A stretch of 64,000 nucleotides of DNA from Gammaproteobacteria bacterium (GTDB lineage Bacteria > Pseudomonadota > Gammaproteobacteria > SURF-13): assembly GCA_016195665.1 (NCBI GenBank), contig JACPZD010000024.1:23997-87996 (forward strand), written 5' to 3'. A program made the translations under genes and the position numbers. The notes below the pieces were generated by a model, which was given only the letters and a program-made list of their open reading frames with translations, did no database searches and was not told the origin of the DNA. This document shows positions 40,598-50,727 of the stretch, one piece after another. The stretch's first letter is position 1, and every line of letters begins with the position of its first letter.

Positions 40598-40966
40598 TTA
40601 TTGCGGCTTGAGGAGATAACCCACCAGAGAAGTCACCGGCTCGCCGCCCTCGGTGGCGCTGACCGCGACATCCATGCGGCGCACGTCGGGGTCGGGGGTG
40701 TTTTGCACCGTAATCTTCCAGTACCACTCGTGCGGCCCCATCGGTGCGCTGCCGGTTTCGGAACCCGCCTCGGGCCATTTGCGGGCAATCTGCAACTCGG
40801 CGGCCTTGTTCATGGCGACCCAGTGCGCCAGGGTGCGATCGCGTAGATAACTCTGGTTGGAGACGTGCGCGCCGACACCCTTCATCATCGCCGCCAGGGC
40901 GATGGCGAGCACCGCCAGGGCCACCATCACCTCCAACAAGGTGAAGCCTTTAACCGTTCTTATCAT
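40598..40966 (-). CDS. gspI: type II secretion minor pseudopilin I
   Basis: MIRTVKG/FTLLEVMVALAVL prepilin leader and N-methylation site. Confidence 0.85.
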   Translation of the reverse strand: MIRTVKGFTLLEVMVALAVLAIALAAMMKGVGAHVSNQSYLRDRTLAHWVAMNKAAELQIARKWPEAGSETGSAPMGPHEWYWKITVQNTPDPDVRRMDVAVSATEGGEPVTSLVGYLLKPQ

Positions 40967-41561
40967 GCTGGGCCTTCATCACCTTGAGCGCGCCGTTGGC
41001 CGTGCCGACGATCTGGTAATCCTCTACGCCTTCGGTGTGCAAGGTGGCGGTGAACGGTGTAGCCTCACCGCTCGATAACAGATAAATGCGAGGTGTCTTT
41101 TCTTCGTCCCCTTTTCGTGCCAGATCCTCTTCCAGTTTTTTATCTACATCGTCCGCGCTCTTCCCGGAGGTTTGGGTGAAATGGATCTCCTCTCCTTCCA
41201 GCTTCATTTCCAGACGCATACCGCCGGGCAGACGGCGCGGCCTCAACGCATCTTGATCAGAACCCACTGCCTGCCAGCCCTTGGCCTCCAGCACCAGGAA
41301 TTGATAGCCGCTGCCTTCCTCGGTCAATTCCAATGCCAGTTCCTTGGCCTGTAGCACCGATTCCTGTCCGGCGAGACTCAGGCGCGCAGCCAGGCTTTGC
41401 GCCTCCTGCTCAGCACGCTGTTCCTGATCGCGGTTGGTTATCGAAAGCGCGGCAAAGGTGAGGGTGATGCCGATGATGAAGATCACCACAATCAATTCGA
41501 GGAGGGTAAAGCCTTTTGCTGGTGAGGCGTGAGGAGTGAGGAGTGAGGTGTTACGCCTCAC
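40950..41561 (-). CDS. gspH: type II secretion minor pseudopilin H; start codon, Shine-Dalgarno and leader peptide lie inside a family C hairpin repeat
   Basis: ...SPAKG/FTLLELIVVIFIIG prepilin motif. No ATG in the leader region; GAGGAG-ttaggc-GTG at about 41561 gives leader MRRNTSLLTPHASPAKG, all repeat-encoded; the track ORF extends to 41594. Confidence 0.7.
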   Translation of the reverse strand: MRRNTSLLTPHASPAKGFTLLELIVVIFIIGITLTFAALSITNRDQEQRAEQEAQSLAARLSLAGQESVLQAKELALELTEEGSGYQFLVLEAKGWQAVGSDQDALRPRRLPGGMRLEMKLEGEEIHFTQTSGKSADDVDKKLEEDLARKGDEEKTPRIYLLSSGEATPFTATLHTEGVEDYQIVGTANGALKVMKAQHDKNG

Positions 41562-41607
41562 GCCTAACTCCTCACGCCTCACAGTTTTTCCCACGCCTCA
41601 CTCCTCA
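41521..41607. repeat. hairpin repeat family C, copy 2
   Basis: GGTGAGGCGTGAGGAGTGAGGAGTGAGG...CCTCACGCCTAACTCCTCACGCCTCAC...CCTCACTCCTCAC; overlaps the gspH 5' end. Confidence 0.65.
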
Positions 41608-41615
41608 CTTTTTTC

Positions 41616-42054
41616 TCACTCCAAATTCCAGTTTCCGATGTCGGCGTTCGGCCCATCGCCGCCGAGCTGGCCGTCGGCGCCCAGGGTAAAGATGTCTACC
41701 GCGCCGTGCGTACCGGGACTGAGATATTGATAAGGCCGCTGCCACGGATCTTTCGGCATACGGTCAATATAGCCGCCCTGTTTCCAGTTGCGCGGCTCGG
41801 GCGGCGTAGCCGGTTTGTTCACCAGCGCCTCGATGCCCTGTTCGGTGGTGGGATAGACGTAGTTATCCAATTTATAGAGATTGAGCGCGCCTTCCAAGGT
41901 CCGTATATCCTGTTTCGCCTTGGTGATGCGCGCGACATCGGGCCGGTCCAACACCCTGGGCACCACTATCGCGGCCAGGATGCCGAGAATCACCACCACG
42001 ACCATGACTTCGATCAGGGTAAAACCGCTATGACATTGTTTAAAGCGTATCCAT
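41616..42054 (-). CDS. gspG: type II secretion major pseudopilin G, with apparent +1 frameshift in the leader
   Basis: Body ...QCHSG/FTLIEVMVVVVILGILAAIVVP is canonical GspG. The only SD-preceded start (GGGGAG-ctattt-ATG at 42054) reads MDTL then TAA; dropping one T from the CTTTAAA run near 42042 gives MDTLKQCHSGFTLIE. Confidence 0.75.
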
Positions 42055-42088
42055 AAATAGCTCCCCTGTGTCCCTTGTGCTGAAAAAG

Positions 42089-42158
42089 CTTCACCACGGA
42101 GGGCGCGGAGGAGAAACAAACCCTTCTTGAGGGTATTCCTCTGCGTCCTCTGCGGTAA
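42089..42158. repeat. hairpin repeat family B, copy 3
   Basis: TTCACCACGGAGGGCGCGGAGGAGAAA...CCTCTGCGTCCTCTGCGGTAAA, just upstream of gspG. Confidence 0.7.
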
Positions 42159-42196
42159 ATTATTTATGGATAAGCTCTTAGCATATATCTTCATGT

Positions 42197-43417
42197 TCAT
42201 TTCACCATTTGGTTCAAATCGAATATGGGCAACAGGATAGCGATGACGATCAGCAACACGATACCGCCCATTGCGAGAATCAGCGCCGGCTCGAACAGGC
42301 CCACCAGCGCGGCCATCAGGGTTTCCATCTCGCGCTCCTGACTCTGCGCCGCCCGTTCCAGCATCGCATCCAGCGTGCCGCTGGCCTCGCCGCTGGCGAT
42401 CAGATGGATGGTCATCGGCGGAAAGTAACGGCTGCGCTCCAGCGCCGTGTGCAGGCTGGCGCCCTCGCGCACCCTGGCGGAGGCCTCCTCCACGGCCTTA
42501 CGCATCGGCAGATTGGACATCACCTGCGCGGAGATGCGCAAACCCTCAAGGACCGGCACGCTGCTCGCGGTGAGAATGCTGAAGGTGCGCGCGAAACGCG
42601 CCGCATTAAGCCCGCGCACCAGCCGCGAAACCAGCGGCGCCGACAACAGCAGTTTGTGAACACGAAAGCGCGGCCCTTCATAGCGCATCAGCATCCTGAA
42701 ACCCGCCACGGCGGCAATGATCAGCGCCAGGATCGCCAGGCCGTAATCGCGGATAAACCCGCTCAATGCAATCAGCCCGCGCGTCAGCACCGGCAGTTGC
42801 TGGCCGATATTCTGAAACACCTGCACCACCTGCGGCACCACGTAGGCAAGCAGGGCCGTCACCACCAGGATGGCGACGCCGGTGAGCAGCACCGGGTAGA
42901 TCAGCGCGAGCATCATCTTCTGGCGCATCTGCTGGCGCGCCTCGGTGTAGTCGGCCAGCCGTTCCAGCACCACGTCCAGATAACCCGACTGCTCGCCCGC
43001 GGCGACCGTGGAGCGAAACAGGTCATCGAACACGGACGGGAAATCGGCGAGCGCGGCGGCGAGCGAATGACCCTCCAGCACGCGCGAGCGCACCGCCATC
43101 AGCATGTTGCTCAGCCGCGCCTTTTCGGTCTGTTGCGAAACGGCGCGCAGGCTCTCTTCGATCGGCAACCCGGAACGCACCAGCGTCGCCAGTTGCCGGG
43201 TGATGAGCGCCAGGTCGGTGGCGCTGACGCCGCGCTGGAAGCTGAATTGCACACCACCGCGATCACGCGCCTCTTTCTGACGCACCTCCTCGACGTTGAG
43301 CGGCGTCCAGCCCTTTTCACGCAACTGCTGGCGCACCTGGCGCGGGGTGTCGCCCTCCAGCACGCCCTTGCGGTTGCGTCCGGTGGTGTCTAATGCGGCA
43401 AATTCAAAGGCAGCCAT
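42197..43417 (-). CDS. gspF: type II secretion inner-membrane platform protein F
   Basis: 406 aa, duplicated GspF/PilC domains, three TM segments. Confidence 0.85.
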   Translation of the reverse strand: MAAFEFAALDTTGRNRKGVLEGDTPRQVRQQLREKGWTPLNVEEVRQKEARDRGGVQFSFQRGVSATDLALITRQLATLVRSGLPIEESLRAVSQQTEKARLSNMLMAVRSRVLEGHSLAAALADFPSVFDDLFRSTVAAGEQSGYLDVVLERLADYTEARQQMRQKMMLALIYPVLLTGVAILVVTALLAYVVPQVVQVFQNIGQQLPVLTRGLIALSGFIRDYGLAILALIIAAVAGFRMLMRYEGPRFRVHKLLLSAPLVSRLVRGLNAARFARTFSILTASSVPVLEGLRISAQVMSNLPMRKAVEEASARVREGASLHTALERSRYFPPMTIHLIASGEASGTLDAMLERAAQSQEREMETLMAALVGLFEPALILAMGGIVLLIVIAILLPIFDLNQMVK

Positions 43418-43441
43418 GTTAAAGGCAGGGACAAGGTAAAA

Positions 43442-43501
43442 GATACAAGATACAAGTAATGCCCTTTTTTCTCTTGTAACTTGTAACTTGTATCTTGTAT
43501 C
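43442..43501. repeat. heptad-built palindrome (GATACAA)x2-G ... (CTTGTAA)x2(CTTGTAT)x2-C between gspE and gspF
   Basis: Perfect 15-bp inverted arms GATACAAGATACAAG / CTTGTATCTTGTATC around TAATGCCCTTTTTTCT; the right arm overlaps the gspE stop codon. Confidence 0.55.
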
Positions 43502-45060
43502 TAATCTTCACGTGTTACCCGCAGCACTTCTTCCAAAGTGGTATCGCCAGTCAGCACGCGGCGCATGCCGTCATCGCGGATGCTGGCTGAGTGGGTGCGG
43601 GCATAGCGCTCCAGGCCATGCTCGCCGGTGCCGTCGTGGATCATCTCGCGCATTTTGTCGTCCACCGTGATCATCTCGTAGATGCCGGTGCGGCCGCGAT
43701 AACCGAGCTGATTGCAGCGCGCGCAACCCATGGCCTTGTATAGCGTAGGCGGTGTGGCGGGCGCTACGCCGAGCGCCCCGCACTCCACCGCGTTGGCCTG
43801 ATAGGGTTTTTTGCAGTGCGTGCACAACAGGCGCACCAGGCGTTGCGCGAGCACACCGACCAGGCTCGACGAGAGCAGGAAGGGCTCCACGCCCATGTCG
43901 CGCAGGCGTGTCACCGCGCCCACCGCGCTGTTGGTGTGCAGGGTGGACAGCACCAGGTGACCGGTGAGACTCGCCTGCACCGCGATCTGCGCGGTTTCGA
44001 GATCGCGAATCTCGCCCACCATCACCACGTCGGGGTCCTGGCGCAGGATCGCGCGCAGGCCGCGCGCGAAGGTCATCTCCACCTTGGTATTGACCTGGGT
44101 TTGACCGACGCCGTCCAGAAAATATTCGATGGGGTCCTCCACCGTCATCAGATTGCGCTTGCTGTCATTGATGCGGGTGAGCGCGGCGTAGAGCGTGGTG
44201 GTCTTGCCCGAACCGGTCGGCCCGGTCACCAGTACGATGCCGTGCGGCAAGTGGATGAGCTTATCGAGGGTAGCCTGCACCGCGTCCGGCATGCCCAGGT
44301 GTTGTAAATCCAAACGGCCCACCTGCTTGTCGAGCAAACGCAACACCACGCGCTCGCCGTGCCCGGAGGGCAGGGTGGAGACGCGCACGTCCACCGGCCG
44401 GCCGGCGATGCGCAGGCTGATGCGTCCGTCTTGCGGCAGGCGCTTTTCGGCGATGTCGAGCTTCGCCATCACCTTGATGCGCGACACCAGCAGCGGTGCG
44501 AGCGCGCGTTTCGGCTCCAGCACCTCGCGCAACACACCGTCCACGCGGAAGCGCACCACCAGGCGTTCTTCAAAGGGTTCGATGTGAATGTCCGAGGCAT
44601 TTTCCTTGATGGCCTCGGTGAGCAGCGCGTTGATGAGCCGGATGATGGGCGCATCGTCTTCGCTCTCCAGCAAATCTTCCGGCTCGGCGAGCTGCTGGGC
44701 GACGCGGAACAGGTCCATGTCTTCGCCGATCTCGCCCATCATCGCCATGGCTTCGCTGCTGTCGTTCTCGTAACCGCGCTGCAACAAAGTCTCGAAGGCC
44801 TCGGCCGTCACTTTTTGCAAGGTGATAGGCTGACCCAGCAGGCGGCGCAACTCGGCAAGCGTGAACGCCGTCACGCCGGGACGGCAGACGATGACGATGC
44901 GGCCGTTGTCCACACCCGTCGCCAGCACGCCGTGCCGCTTGGCGTACACGAACGGCAGGCGCGGCGTCCGCAGCGCGGGTTCCGGCGGCGCCAGCGGCGC
45001 GGCCGTCTCGCCCTGCACGGGCGGCGCTACGGGTGGCGTGATGGGAGTCAGTAGTCTCAT
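43501..45060 (-). CDS. gspE: type II secretion ATPase E
   Basis: 519 aa; Walker [11 protein letters not shown], Asp box, His box, C-terminal tetracysteine (CTHCKK...CARCN). Confidence 0.9.
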   Translation of the reverse strand: MRLLTPITPPVAPPVQGETAAPLAPPEPALRTPRLPFVYAKRHGVLATGVDNGRIVIVCRPGVTAFTLAELRRLLGQPITLQKVTAEAFETLLQRGYENDSSEAMAMMGEIGEDMDLFRVAQQLAEPEDLLESEDDAPIIRLINALLTEAIKENASDIHIEPFEERLVVRFRVDGVLREVLEPKRALAPLLVSRIKVMAKLDIAEKRLPQDGRISLRIAGRPVDVRVSTLPSGHGERVVLRLLDKQVGRLDLQHLGMPDAVQATLDKLIHLPHGIVLVTGPTGSGKTTTLYAALTRINDSKRNLMTVEDPIEYFLDGVGQTQVNTKVEMTFARGLRAILRQDPDVVMVGEIRDLETAQIAVQASLTGHLVLSTLHTNSAVGAVTRLRDMGVEPFLLSSSLVGVLAQRLVRLLCTHCKKPYQANAVECGALGVAPATPPTLYKAMGCARCNQLGYRGRTGIYEMITVDDKMREMIHDGTGEHGLERYARTHSASIRDDGMRRVLTGDTTLEEVLRVTRED

Positions 45061-47159
45061 TGTAAGGGCGCGGTGTCCTCGCCGGGTGTATCAGGGCTGG
45101 GTCTCGGAGTCAACGAACGATCCTCGATCGGCGGCAATTCGGAGGGCTTTTCATCCGGCATGAGCGAGACGCCGTCCGCGGTGCTCTCCAGTTGCTTGGC
45201 GCGGATATAATTATACTTCTCACCTGTCAAGCGGTCACCGGTGGCGGCGTCACGGATGATGGAGGGGTGCAGAAACACCATCAGGTTGGTCTTGCGCAAG
45301 GTGCTGCTGGTGGTACGGAACAGCGCGCCGACCAGCGGCAGATCGCCCAGGCCGGGGATCTTCTGCACGCTCTCCAGTTGATCGTCGCGGATCAAGCCGC
45401 CCAACACCAGAATCTTGCCGTCGTCCACGATCACACTGGTCTTGATAGAGCGCTTGTTGGTAACCAAATCACTCGCCCCGGTTACCGAGGCCGCGAGGCT
45501 GGAGACCTCCTGGGTGAGTTCCAGCTTGATCGCATCGCCTTCGTTGATCTGCGGTTTCACCTTGAGCGTGAGACCGACATCCTTGCGCTCAATGGTCTGA
45601 AAGGGGTTGGCGGTGGAGGGGCCGGTGCCGACTGGGGGGGTGAACCGGCCGGTGATGAAGGGCACATTTTGCGCGACCACGATCTCGGCCTGCTCGTTGT
45701 CCATGGTCACCAGGGTCGGGGTGGACAACACGTTGGTATCGGCATCGGAGGCCAGCGCCTGCAGCAGCAAGGCGAAATTGGTGGCGCCAGTCACTTTGGC
45801 CGTCCCCAGGGTCACGCCTGTACCGATCGAGGGAACCTGCTTACCGACTATACTGGTGATGATGCCGACCAGGCTGTTGCCGGAACCGGGCAGGTTGCTG
45901 ATACCCACCGGGCCGGAGCCGTCGCCCGTGCCGTCGTAGGCCCATTGGATACCCAGATTGGCGGACTTGTCCGTGGAGATCTCGGCGATCACCGCCTCAA
46001 CCAGCACCTGGGCGCGGCGCACATCGAGTTGCCTTATCACCGATTCCAGGGCGCGGAATATCCCCGCCGGCGCTGTAATGACCAGGGCGTTGGCGCTCTC
46101 ATCGGCCTGAATGCTGATTGTCACATTGGCGCCGCTACTGCCGCCACCGATGACGGGCTCAGGGATGAGGGGGGTAGGCAGAGGCGGCTGGCCCGGAGCA
46201 GGTGCGTTCTGCGGGGGGCCGAAGTCCACCGTCGCCGGGACGCCCGGCGCGGGAGACACTGCATCCGCTGCCCTTGGGCCGGTGCTTACCACGGGTTTAC
46301 TCTTGGCCACACCGGTCAACACCGGCACCAGATCAGAGGCCTTGGCATAGCGCAGATAGACCACGTGGATATTGCCGCCGCCGTCCTCGGTCGGCGTGTC
46401 GAGGTGCGAAATCGTGGCGCGCAGGCGCAGCCGGTCTTTGCCCTCGCCGTTAATCAGAATGCTGTTGGTACGCTCGTCGGAGAGGATGATGGTCTGTTTG
46501 GCGGTGGGATCGTTGCGTTTGCTCTGCTGTTCCAGGGTAGTCAGGATGCGCGCCATCTCGACCGCCGAGGCGTGATGCAACGGGATGACCTCCAGCTCAT
46601 CGCTGCTGGGCAGATCAATGCGGCGAATGATTTTGACCAGCCGTTCGATGTTGGCGGCGCGATCGGATATGACCAGCATATTGGCCTGCGGAAACGCCGC
46701 CATGTGCGCCTGCGGGCTCGCCAGCGGCCGGATGATCGGCACCAGTTGGGCGGACGACACATTATTGAGCTCGACCACCCGGGTCACGAGTTCATCGCCT
46801 TCGCCGGGCTCGGCGTCGGTGGTGGTGGGGATGGCGCCGAACTTGGCGTTGGCGTCGGGCACTATTTTAATGGCCTTGCCGCTCGGCACGGCGGCGAAAC
46901 CGTGCACCTCCAGCACCGATTCGAACAGAGCGTAGATGTCCTCTTTCTCCATCGGCTTGGAAGAAATGATGCTGATCTTGCCGTTGACGCGCGGGTCCAC
47001 GATAAAGTTTTTGCCGGTGATCTCGGATACCGTACCAATCACTGCGCGGATGTCGGCATCCTTAAAATTCAAAGTCACCGGCTCAGCCAGCGCCCAGCGG
47101 CTGACGCCTAGCAATACTCCGAGCAATACCGCAACCAGAGCTAATTTTTTATTGCACAT
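45057..47159 (-). CDS. gspD: type II secretion outer-membrane secretin D
   Basis: 700 aa, signal peptide, N0-N3 domains and C-terminal secretin domain (...[15 protein letters not shown]...). Confidence 0.9.
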   Translation of the reverse strand: MCNKKLALVAVLLGVLLGVSRWALAEPVTLNFKDADIRAVIGTVSEITGKNFIVDPRVNGKISIISSKPMEKEDIYALFESVLEVHGFAAVPSGKAIKIVPDANAKFGAIPTTTDAEPGEGDELVTRVVELNNVSSAQLVPIIRPLASPQAHMAAFPQANMLVISDRAANIERLVKIIRRIDLPSSDELEVIPLHHASAVEMARILTTLEQQSKRNDPTAKQTIILSDERTNSILINGEGKDRLRLRATISHLDTPTEDGGGNIHVVYLRYAKASDLVPVLTGVAKSKPVVSTGPRAADAVSPAPGVPATVDFGPPQNAPAPGQPPLPTPLIPEPVIGGGSSGANVTISIQADESANALVITAPAGIFRALESVIRQLDVRRAQVLVEAVIAEISTDKSANLGIQWAYDGTGDGSGPVGISNLPGSGNSLVGIITSIVGKQVPSIGTGVTLGTAKVTGATNFALLLQALASDADTNVLSTPTLVTMDNEQAEIVVAQNVPFITGRFTPPVGTGPSTANPFQTIERKDVGLTLKVKPQINEGDAIKLELTQEVSSLAASVTGASDLVTNKRSIKTSVIVDDGKILVLGGLIRDDQLESVQKIPGLGDLPLVGALFRTTSSTLRKTNLMVFLHPSIIRDAATGDRLTGEKYNYIRAKQLESTADGVSLMPDEKPSELPPIEDRSLTPRPSPDTPGEDTAPLQ

Positions 47160-47172
47160 GAGTGGGTCCAGT

Positions 47173-48147
47173 TCATTGGTTAAGGTTAAAGGACATCGTC
47201 CTGGGCTGGCCGTTACGGAGAATGCTGATGTTCACCTGACTGGCTGAGCCCAGTTTGCCTACCGCCTCCAGCCCCTTGGCCGGATTATCCAGCACGACCC
47301 CATTAACCGTCGTGATTATATCCCCAGGCTCCAGGCCAAAGCGCGGCAAAAAGGTAGGGTCGTTGCCGGCGTTGATACGATAGCCCAGTTGCCGGCTTCC
47401 CTCAGTCACCGGCTCGGCCTTTGCCACGCCCGCCAGCACCCGAGGATTGGTCTGCAGGGCATCCCGATAGCTGCGCAATATCGAAAGGGTCTCCGCATTC
47501 TGTTCCGGGCTGGGCGCTTTAGTCCCGGCGGCAGACGCTGCGGGGACAGGGACGGGCGGCTGCTGCGGCTCGGGAACAGGCGCGGGCGGAGGCGGCGGCA
47601 CAGCATCGACCGGCACCGCCACAGGGATGTTCGCATCCGTACCCTCCCTGGGCAGGCGCAACACTTCATCCTGATTATTGCGCACCAGGATGATCCGGTC
47701 CGTGTAGACTTCCTTTAGCTTCGCCCCGCCGGGCAACTCGGCATTGATGGCATAGTAATCTTCCTTACCGCCCTGATCCGCGATGATCGCCCGCGCGCTG
47801 GCCGGATTGTCGGCGGCAATCACACCGCGCAGCAGCAGATTGAGTGGCGTTACCGGAATCTCCGCGGGCGCGGCCGGCGCCTTGGGGGGCTCAAACTTGC
47901 CGAACAGGTGCAGGGCGCTGATCTCCGGTAAGATTTGAGCGGGCGCGGCCGCCGTGCCGGGACCCCCCAGCGGGATGGCGGGAACCTGATAGGCGTAACG
48001 CGGCCCCGACCACAGCGCCCAGGTCAACTGCGCGAGACTGTGCCCCACCCCCAGCGCCAGCAGCAGACCCGCGATGACCGGCAAATAGTCGAGGTAGGGT
48101 CCCTGCCACTGCGACGGTATCAAGCCGCTTTTCCAGTTCAGTTTCAA
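47173..48147 (-). CDS. gspC: type II secretion protein C (PDZ-containing)
   Basis: 324 aa, N-terminal TM, Pro-rich linker, C-terminal PDZ-like region; first gene of the operon. Confidence 0.75.
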   Translation of the reverse strand: MKLNWKSGLIPSQWQGPYLDYLPVIAGLLLALGVGHSLAQLTWALWSGPRYAYQVPAIPLGGPGTAAAPAQILPEISALHLFGKFEPPKAPAAPAEIPVTPLNLLLRGVIAADNPASARAIIADQGGKEDYYAINAELPGGAKLKEVYTDRIILVRNNQDEVLRLPREGTDANIPVAVPVDAVPPPPPAPVPEPQQPPVPVPAASAAGTKAPSPEQNAETLSILRSYRDALQTNPRVLAGVAKAEPVTEGSRQLGYRINAGNDPTFLPRFGLEPGDIITTVNGVVLDNPAKGLEAVGKLGSASQVNISILRNGQPRTMSFNLNQ

Positions 48148-48337
48148 TCTAACGCGTGCCTAAAGGTCTGATTAAGATAATAATTGTTGTGGTAAGACGA
48201 TGAATTATAACATAGTGCCGCGCTGGATCCGGCGTATACAGAACAACGTGCTAGGGTGAGAAGACTGGCCTATGGGAAAAACTATAGCAGAACTGCGCCT
48301 AAAGATAGCCTAGTTATCAGTCCGATTCCACCCCTAT

Positions 48338-48438
48338 ACATGAACCTGCGGCCGAAGGCCGCACCGACTCTCCTTCTCCCCTGGCGGGAGAAGGTGGCCC
48401 GAAGGGCCGGATGAGGGAGAAACCGCCCGGTTCATGGG
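48338..48438. repeat. composite REP-like element with flanking inverted repeats CATGAACC / GGTTCATG and three internal palindromes
   Basis: Internal palindromes GCGGCCGAAGGCCGC, CTTCTCCCCTGGCGGGAGAAG, GGCCCGAAGGGCC. A related hairpin CCCTTCTCCCTGGGGGAGAAGGG occurs at about 29855..29880. Confidence 0.5.
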
Positions 48439-48555
48439 CTCAATTCGGGCGCAAAATCGGCGACGGCGGTCTCTCTGAGATGCAGCGGGCTTGCATTGCT
48501 TAACGATGACGCACAGAGTTCTCTCCCGTACAGCCTGCATAACCTGAGCATAAGC

Positions 48556-49311
48556 ATGGGGCAACACCCGACCGCCAAAGTTCCAATCCGCCCACGTTAT
48601 CCCTGGGTGGATGCCGTGCGTGGAACCGCCATCGCACTCATGATTGCTTACCACTTCTGCTTCGATCTCGTTTACTTCGGCGTGCTGTCTATTGATTTTA
48701 ACCACACCCTGTTCTGGCTGGGCCTGCGCAGCCTGATCGTGAGCCTGTTCCTGGGAGTGATGGGGATGAGTCTCATGCTCGCGTCGCGGCACGGCCTGCG
48801 CTGGCGTCCCTACCTGCGCCGGCTGGCGCTGCTGCTGGCCTCCGCCGGGCTGGTGAGCCTCGGCAGCTATCTGTTATTCCCGGCCAGCATGATTTTTTTC
48901 GGCGTGCTGCACTTCATCGTGGTGGCCAGCGTACTCGCTCTGCCTTTCGTGCATTTTTACTGGATCAATCTCGTTGCCGGCGCAAGCCTGATTATCTTCG
49001 GCCTCATTTATCAGAACGAACTTTTCAACCAACCCTGGTTGCAGTGGTTTGGACTGATGACCTACAAACCCGTCACCGAGGATTACGTCCCGCTGCTGCC
49101 TTGGTTCGGGGTGGTGCTGATCGGCATATTTGCAGGCAAGGCGATTTATCATCGAGCACCGTTGCCAAGGTTCGCAGCCTGGCAACCGGTTGGAACGCAT
49201 GGCAAAATTTTAGCTTGGGCAGGGCGGCACAGTCTGGCGATTTATCTCATCCATCAGCCGGTGCTATTGAGCGTTATGTATCCATTGCTACTAATCAGAA
49301 ACTATACATAG
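48556..49311 (+). CDS. DUF1624 / heparan-alpha-glucosaminide N-acetyltransferase-like membrane protein
   Basis: Start at MGQHPTAKVPIRPRYPWVDAVRG; multi-pass membrane protein with the family-typical conserved R...D..RG start. Confidence 0.7.
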   Translation: MGQHPTAKVPIRPRYPWVDAVRGTAIALMIAYHFCFDLVYFGVLSIDFNHTLFWLGLRSLIVSLFLGVMGMSLMLASRHGLRWRPYLRRLALLLASAGLVSLGSYLLFPASMIFFGVLHFIVVASVLALPFVHFYWINLVAGASLIIFGLIYQNELFNQPWLQWFGLMTYKPVTEDYVPLLPWFGVVLIGIFAGKAIYHRAPLPRFAAWQPVGTHGKILAWAGRHSLAIYLIHQPVLLSVMYPLLLIRNYT

Positions 49312-49427
49312 CGCCATAAATCTACTGCGCGTCTTTGATGCGGGTGCGTGCGGTGCTCGGAATCCTCATGTACTTCTATGTACACTCCGGTTCCTGCGCT
49401 CCGCCGCCCCCGCCTGAAACCCGCTCG

Positions 49428-49841
49428 CTACGATTTCTGTCGCCCAGATTTGACGCCCTCCGCGGACTCGTCCGCCTTGCTCATCAACAGATCAAAATTA
49501 CGATACGCGTATTTTGGATCGGCACCGACGTTTTCAATGCCCTCGGACGTTAGATCCGCGCCATAGTTAAATGCTCGAAAATACAATTGGGAATGATCCT
49601 TGGCGGATACCAGGCGCGCGCTCACCCTCACCCACGGCTTATAGTCGAATGAGTTTGCGGTAGAGAGGTAACCGACGGCGACATACCACACGTCCAGTAT
49701 TGCGTCGGCATCGGTTCGGATGGCTGAATAGTCAGCCTGATTTTCATTTTTTATCGCCGGCCGCTGGTCGGAAAGATAAACGATCTCGTAATTCTGCTTC
49801 TTTAACTCACGCTGTAGCGCTTGGGCAATTTCGGCGCCCAT
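49428..49841 (-). CDS. hypothetical protein (137 aa, no signal peptide; possibly a gene remnant) in the low-GC islet
   Basis: Only ORF in this stretch with plausible codon usage; a stop codon lies immediately upstream of the ATG. Confidence 0.35.
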   Translation of the reverse strand: MGAEIAQALQRELKKQNYEIVYLSDQRPAIKNENQADYSAIRTDADAILDVWYVAVGYLSTANSFDYKPWVRVSARLVSAKDHSQLYFRAFNYGADLTSEGIENVGADPKYAYRNFDLLMSKADESAEGVKSGRQKS

Positions 49842-50212
49842 TAGTTAGACTGAGTATTCACGTTTCTCTCCTATGGAAACTCTGAAAATTCCATCCGTCG
49901 AATTTTCACGCGAATAGCACAGACAGTGAAGATGCACATCGTCTGACTCCTCGAACAATTCTTCTCACCGTCGTGCTACTAAGCTAGACTTAACCCCTTA
50001 TCCCGCTTTTTACAATCGGCAACGCATCCATCAGTCTCTGGGTTTCAAGAGTCCTGCGAGCTACGAGGCGATGGCGGCTTAACTACGTGTCCGTGAAACC
50101 GGGGGTAGCTCAATCTTATCTATTCCGAAACGACGGTCCTGCCAAATATGGCGGTGCACGACCTGACGCCGCTGTTCTGCCGTCGCAGAGACACTACAAG
50201 ACCCTGGCTTAT

Positions 50213-50572
50213 TCAAACTAGCACAATTTGAGACCGCATACTGTAGAGTACAAATAAGACTTCTTCTTGCTCTCGTTGACCGATATTGTTCTTCTTCAAA
50301 GCAGCTAAAGCATCATCCAAGACCGACATAAACTCCGCGGCAGAAATATTCATTCCTTTATGAGCCGCTAACATATCCTTTCCCTTGTAAACGTCGGGGC
50401 CACCTGTTCCTGAGATAAAAAATGTAGCGGCTGCGTTCTTGATTTTAGGGATGTCGCTGTTAGAAAATCTTGTGGCAATCAATTTATTTGCCAGATGATT
50501 GTCAACTACGTCATTCGCTATGTTGGTAATCCCTTCGATACCGCCCAGTCTTTCAAAAAGTGATTCGCTCAT
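50213..50572 (-). CDS. group I truncated haemoglobin (2/2 Hb, trHbN-like), cytoplasmic
   Basis: 119 aa; LFERLGG...F....GGP..Y.G..M...H.GM.I....F pattern of trHb group I; local GC about 42 percent versus about 63 percent genome-wide. Confidence 0.8.
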   Translation of the reverse strand: MSESLFERLGGIEGITNIANDVVDNHLANKLIATRFSNSDIPKIKNAAATFFISGTGGPDVYKGKDMLAAHKGMNISAAEFMSVLDDALAALKKNNIGQREQEEVLFVLYSMRSQIVLV

Positions 50573-50727
50573 GATAGTTCTCCTAAGTTAAAAAACATTT
50601 ACTTATAAAAACCTTCTTGGTGATTGAAGCATTTATAAACTACCATTAAGCATAGAGATACAGAAGTACAATATCTGTAGTGTTCAAATCGACACCAAGT
50701 TACTGAATTAACTGAGGAGTGTACAAA

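Noticed and set aside
49335-49566. Small plus-strand ORFs of 72 aa in the low-GC islet
   Set aside because: Overlapping alternative frames without RBS or conservation cues; likely non-coding.
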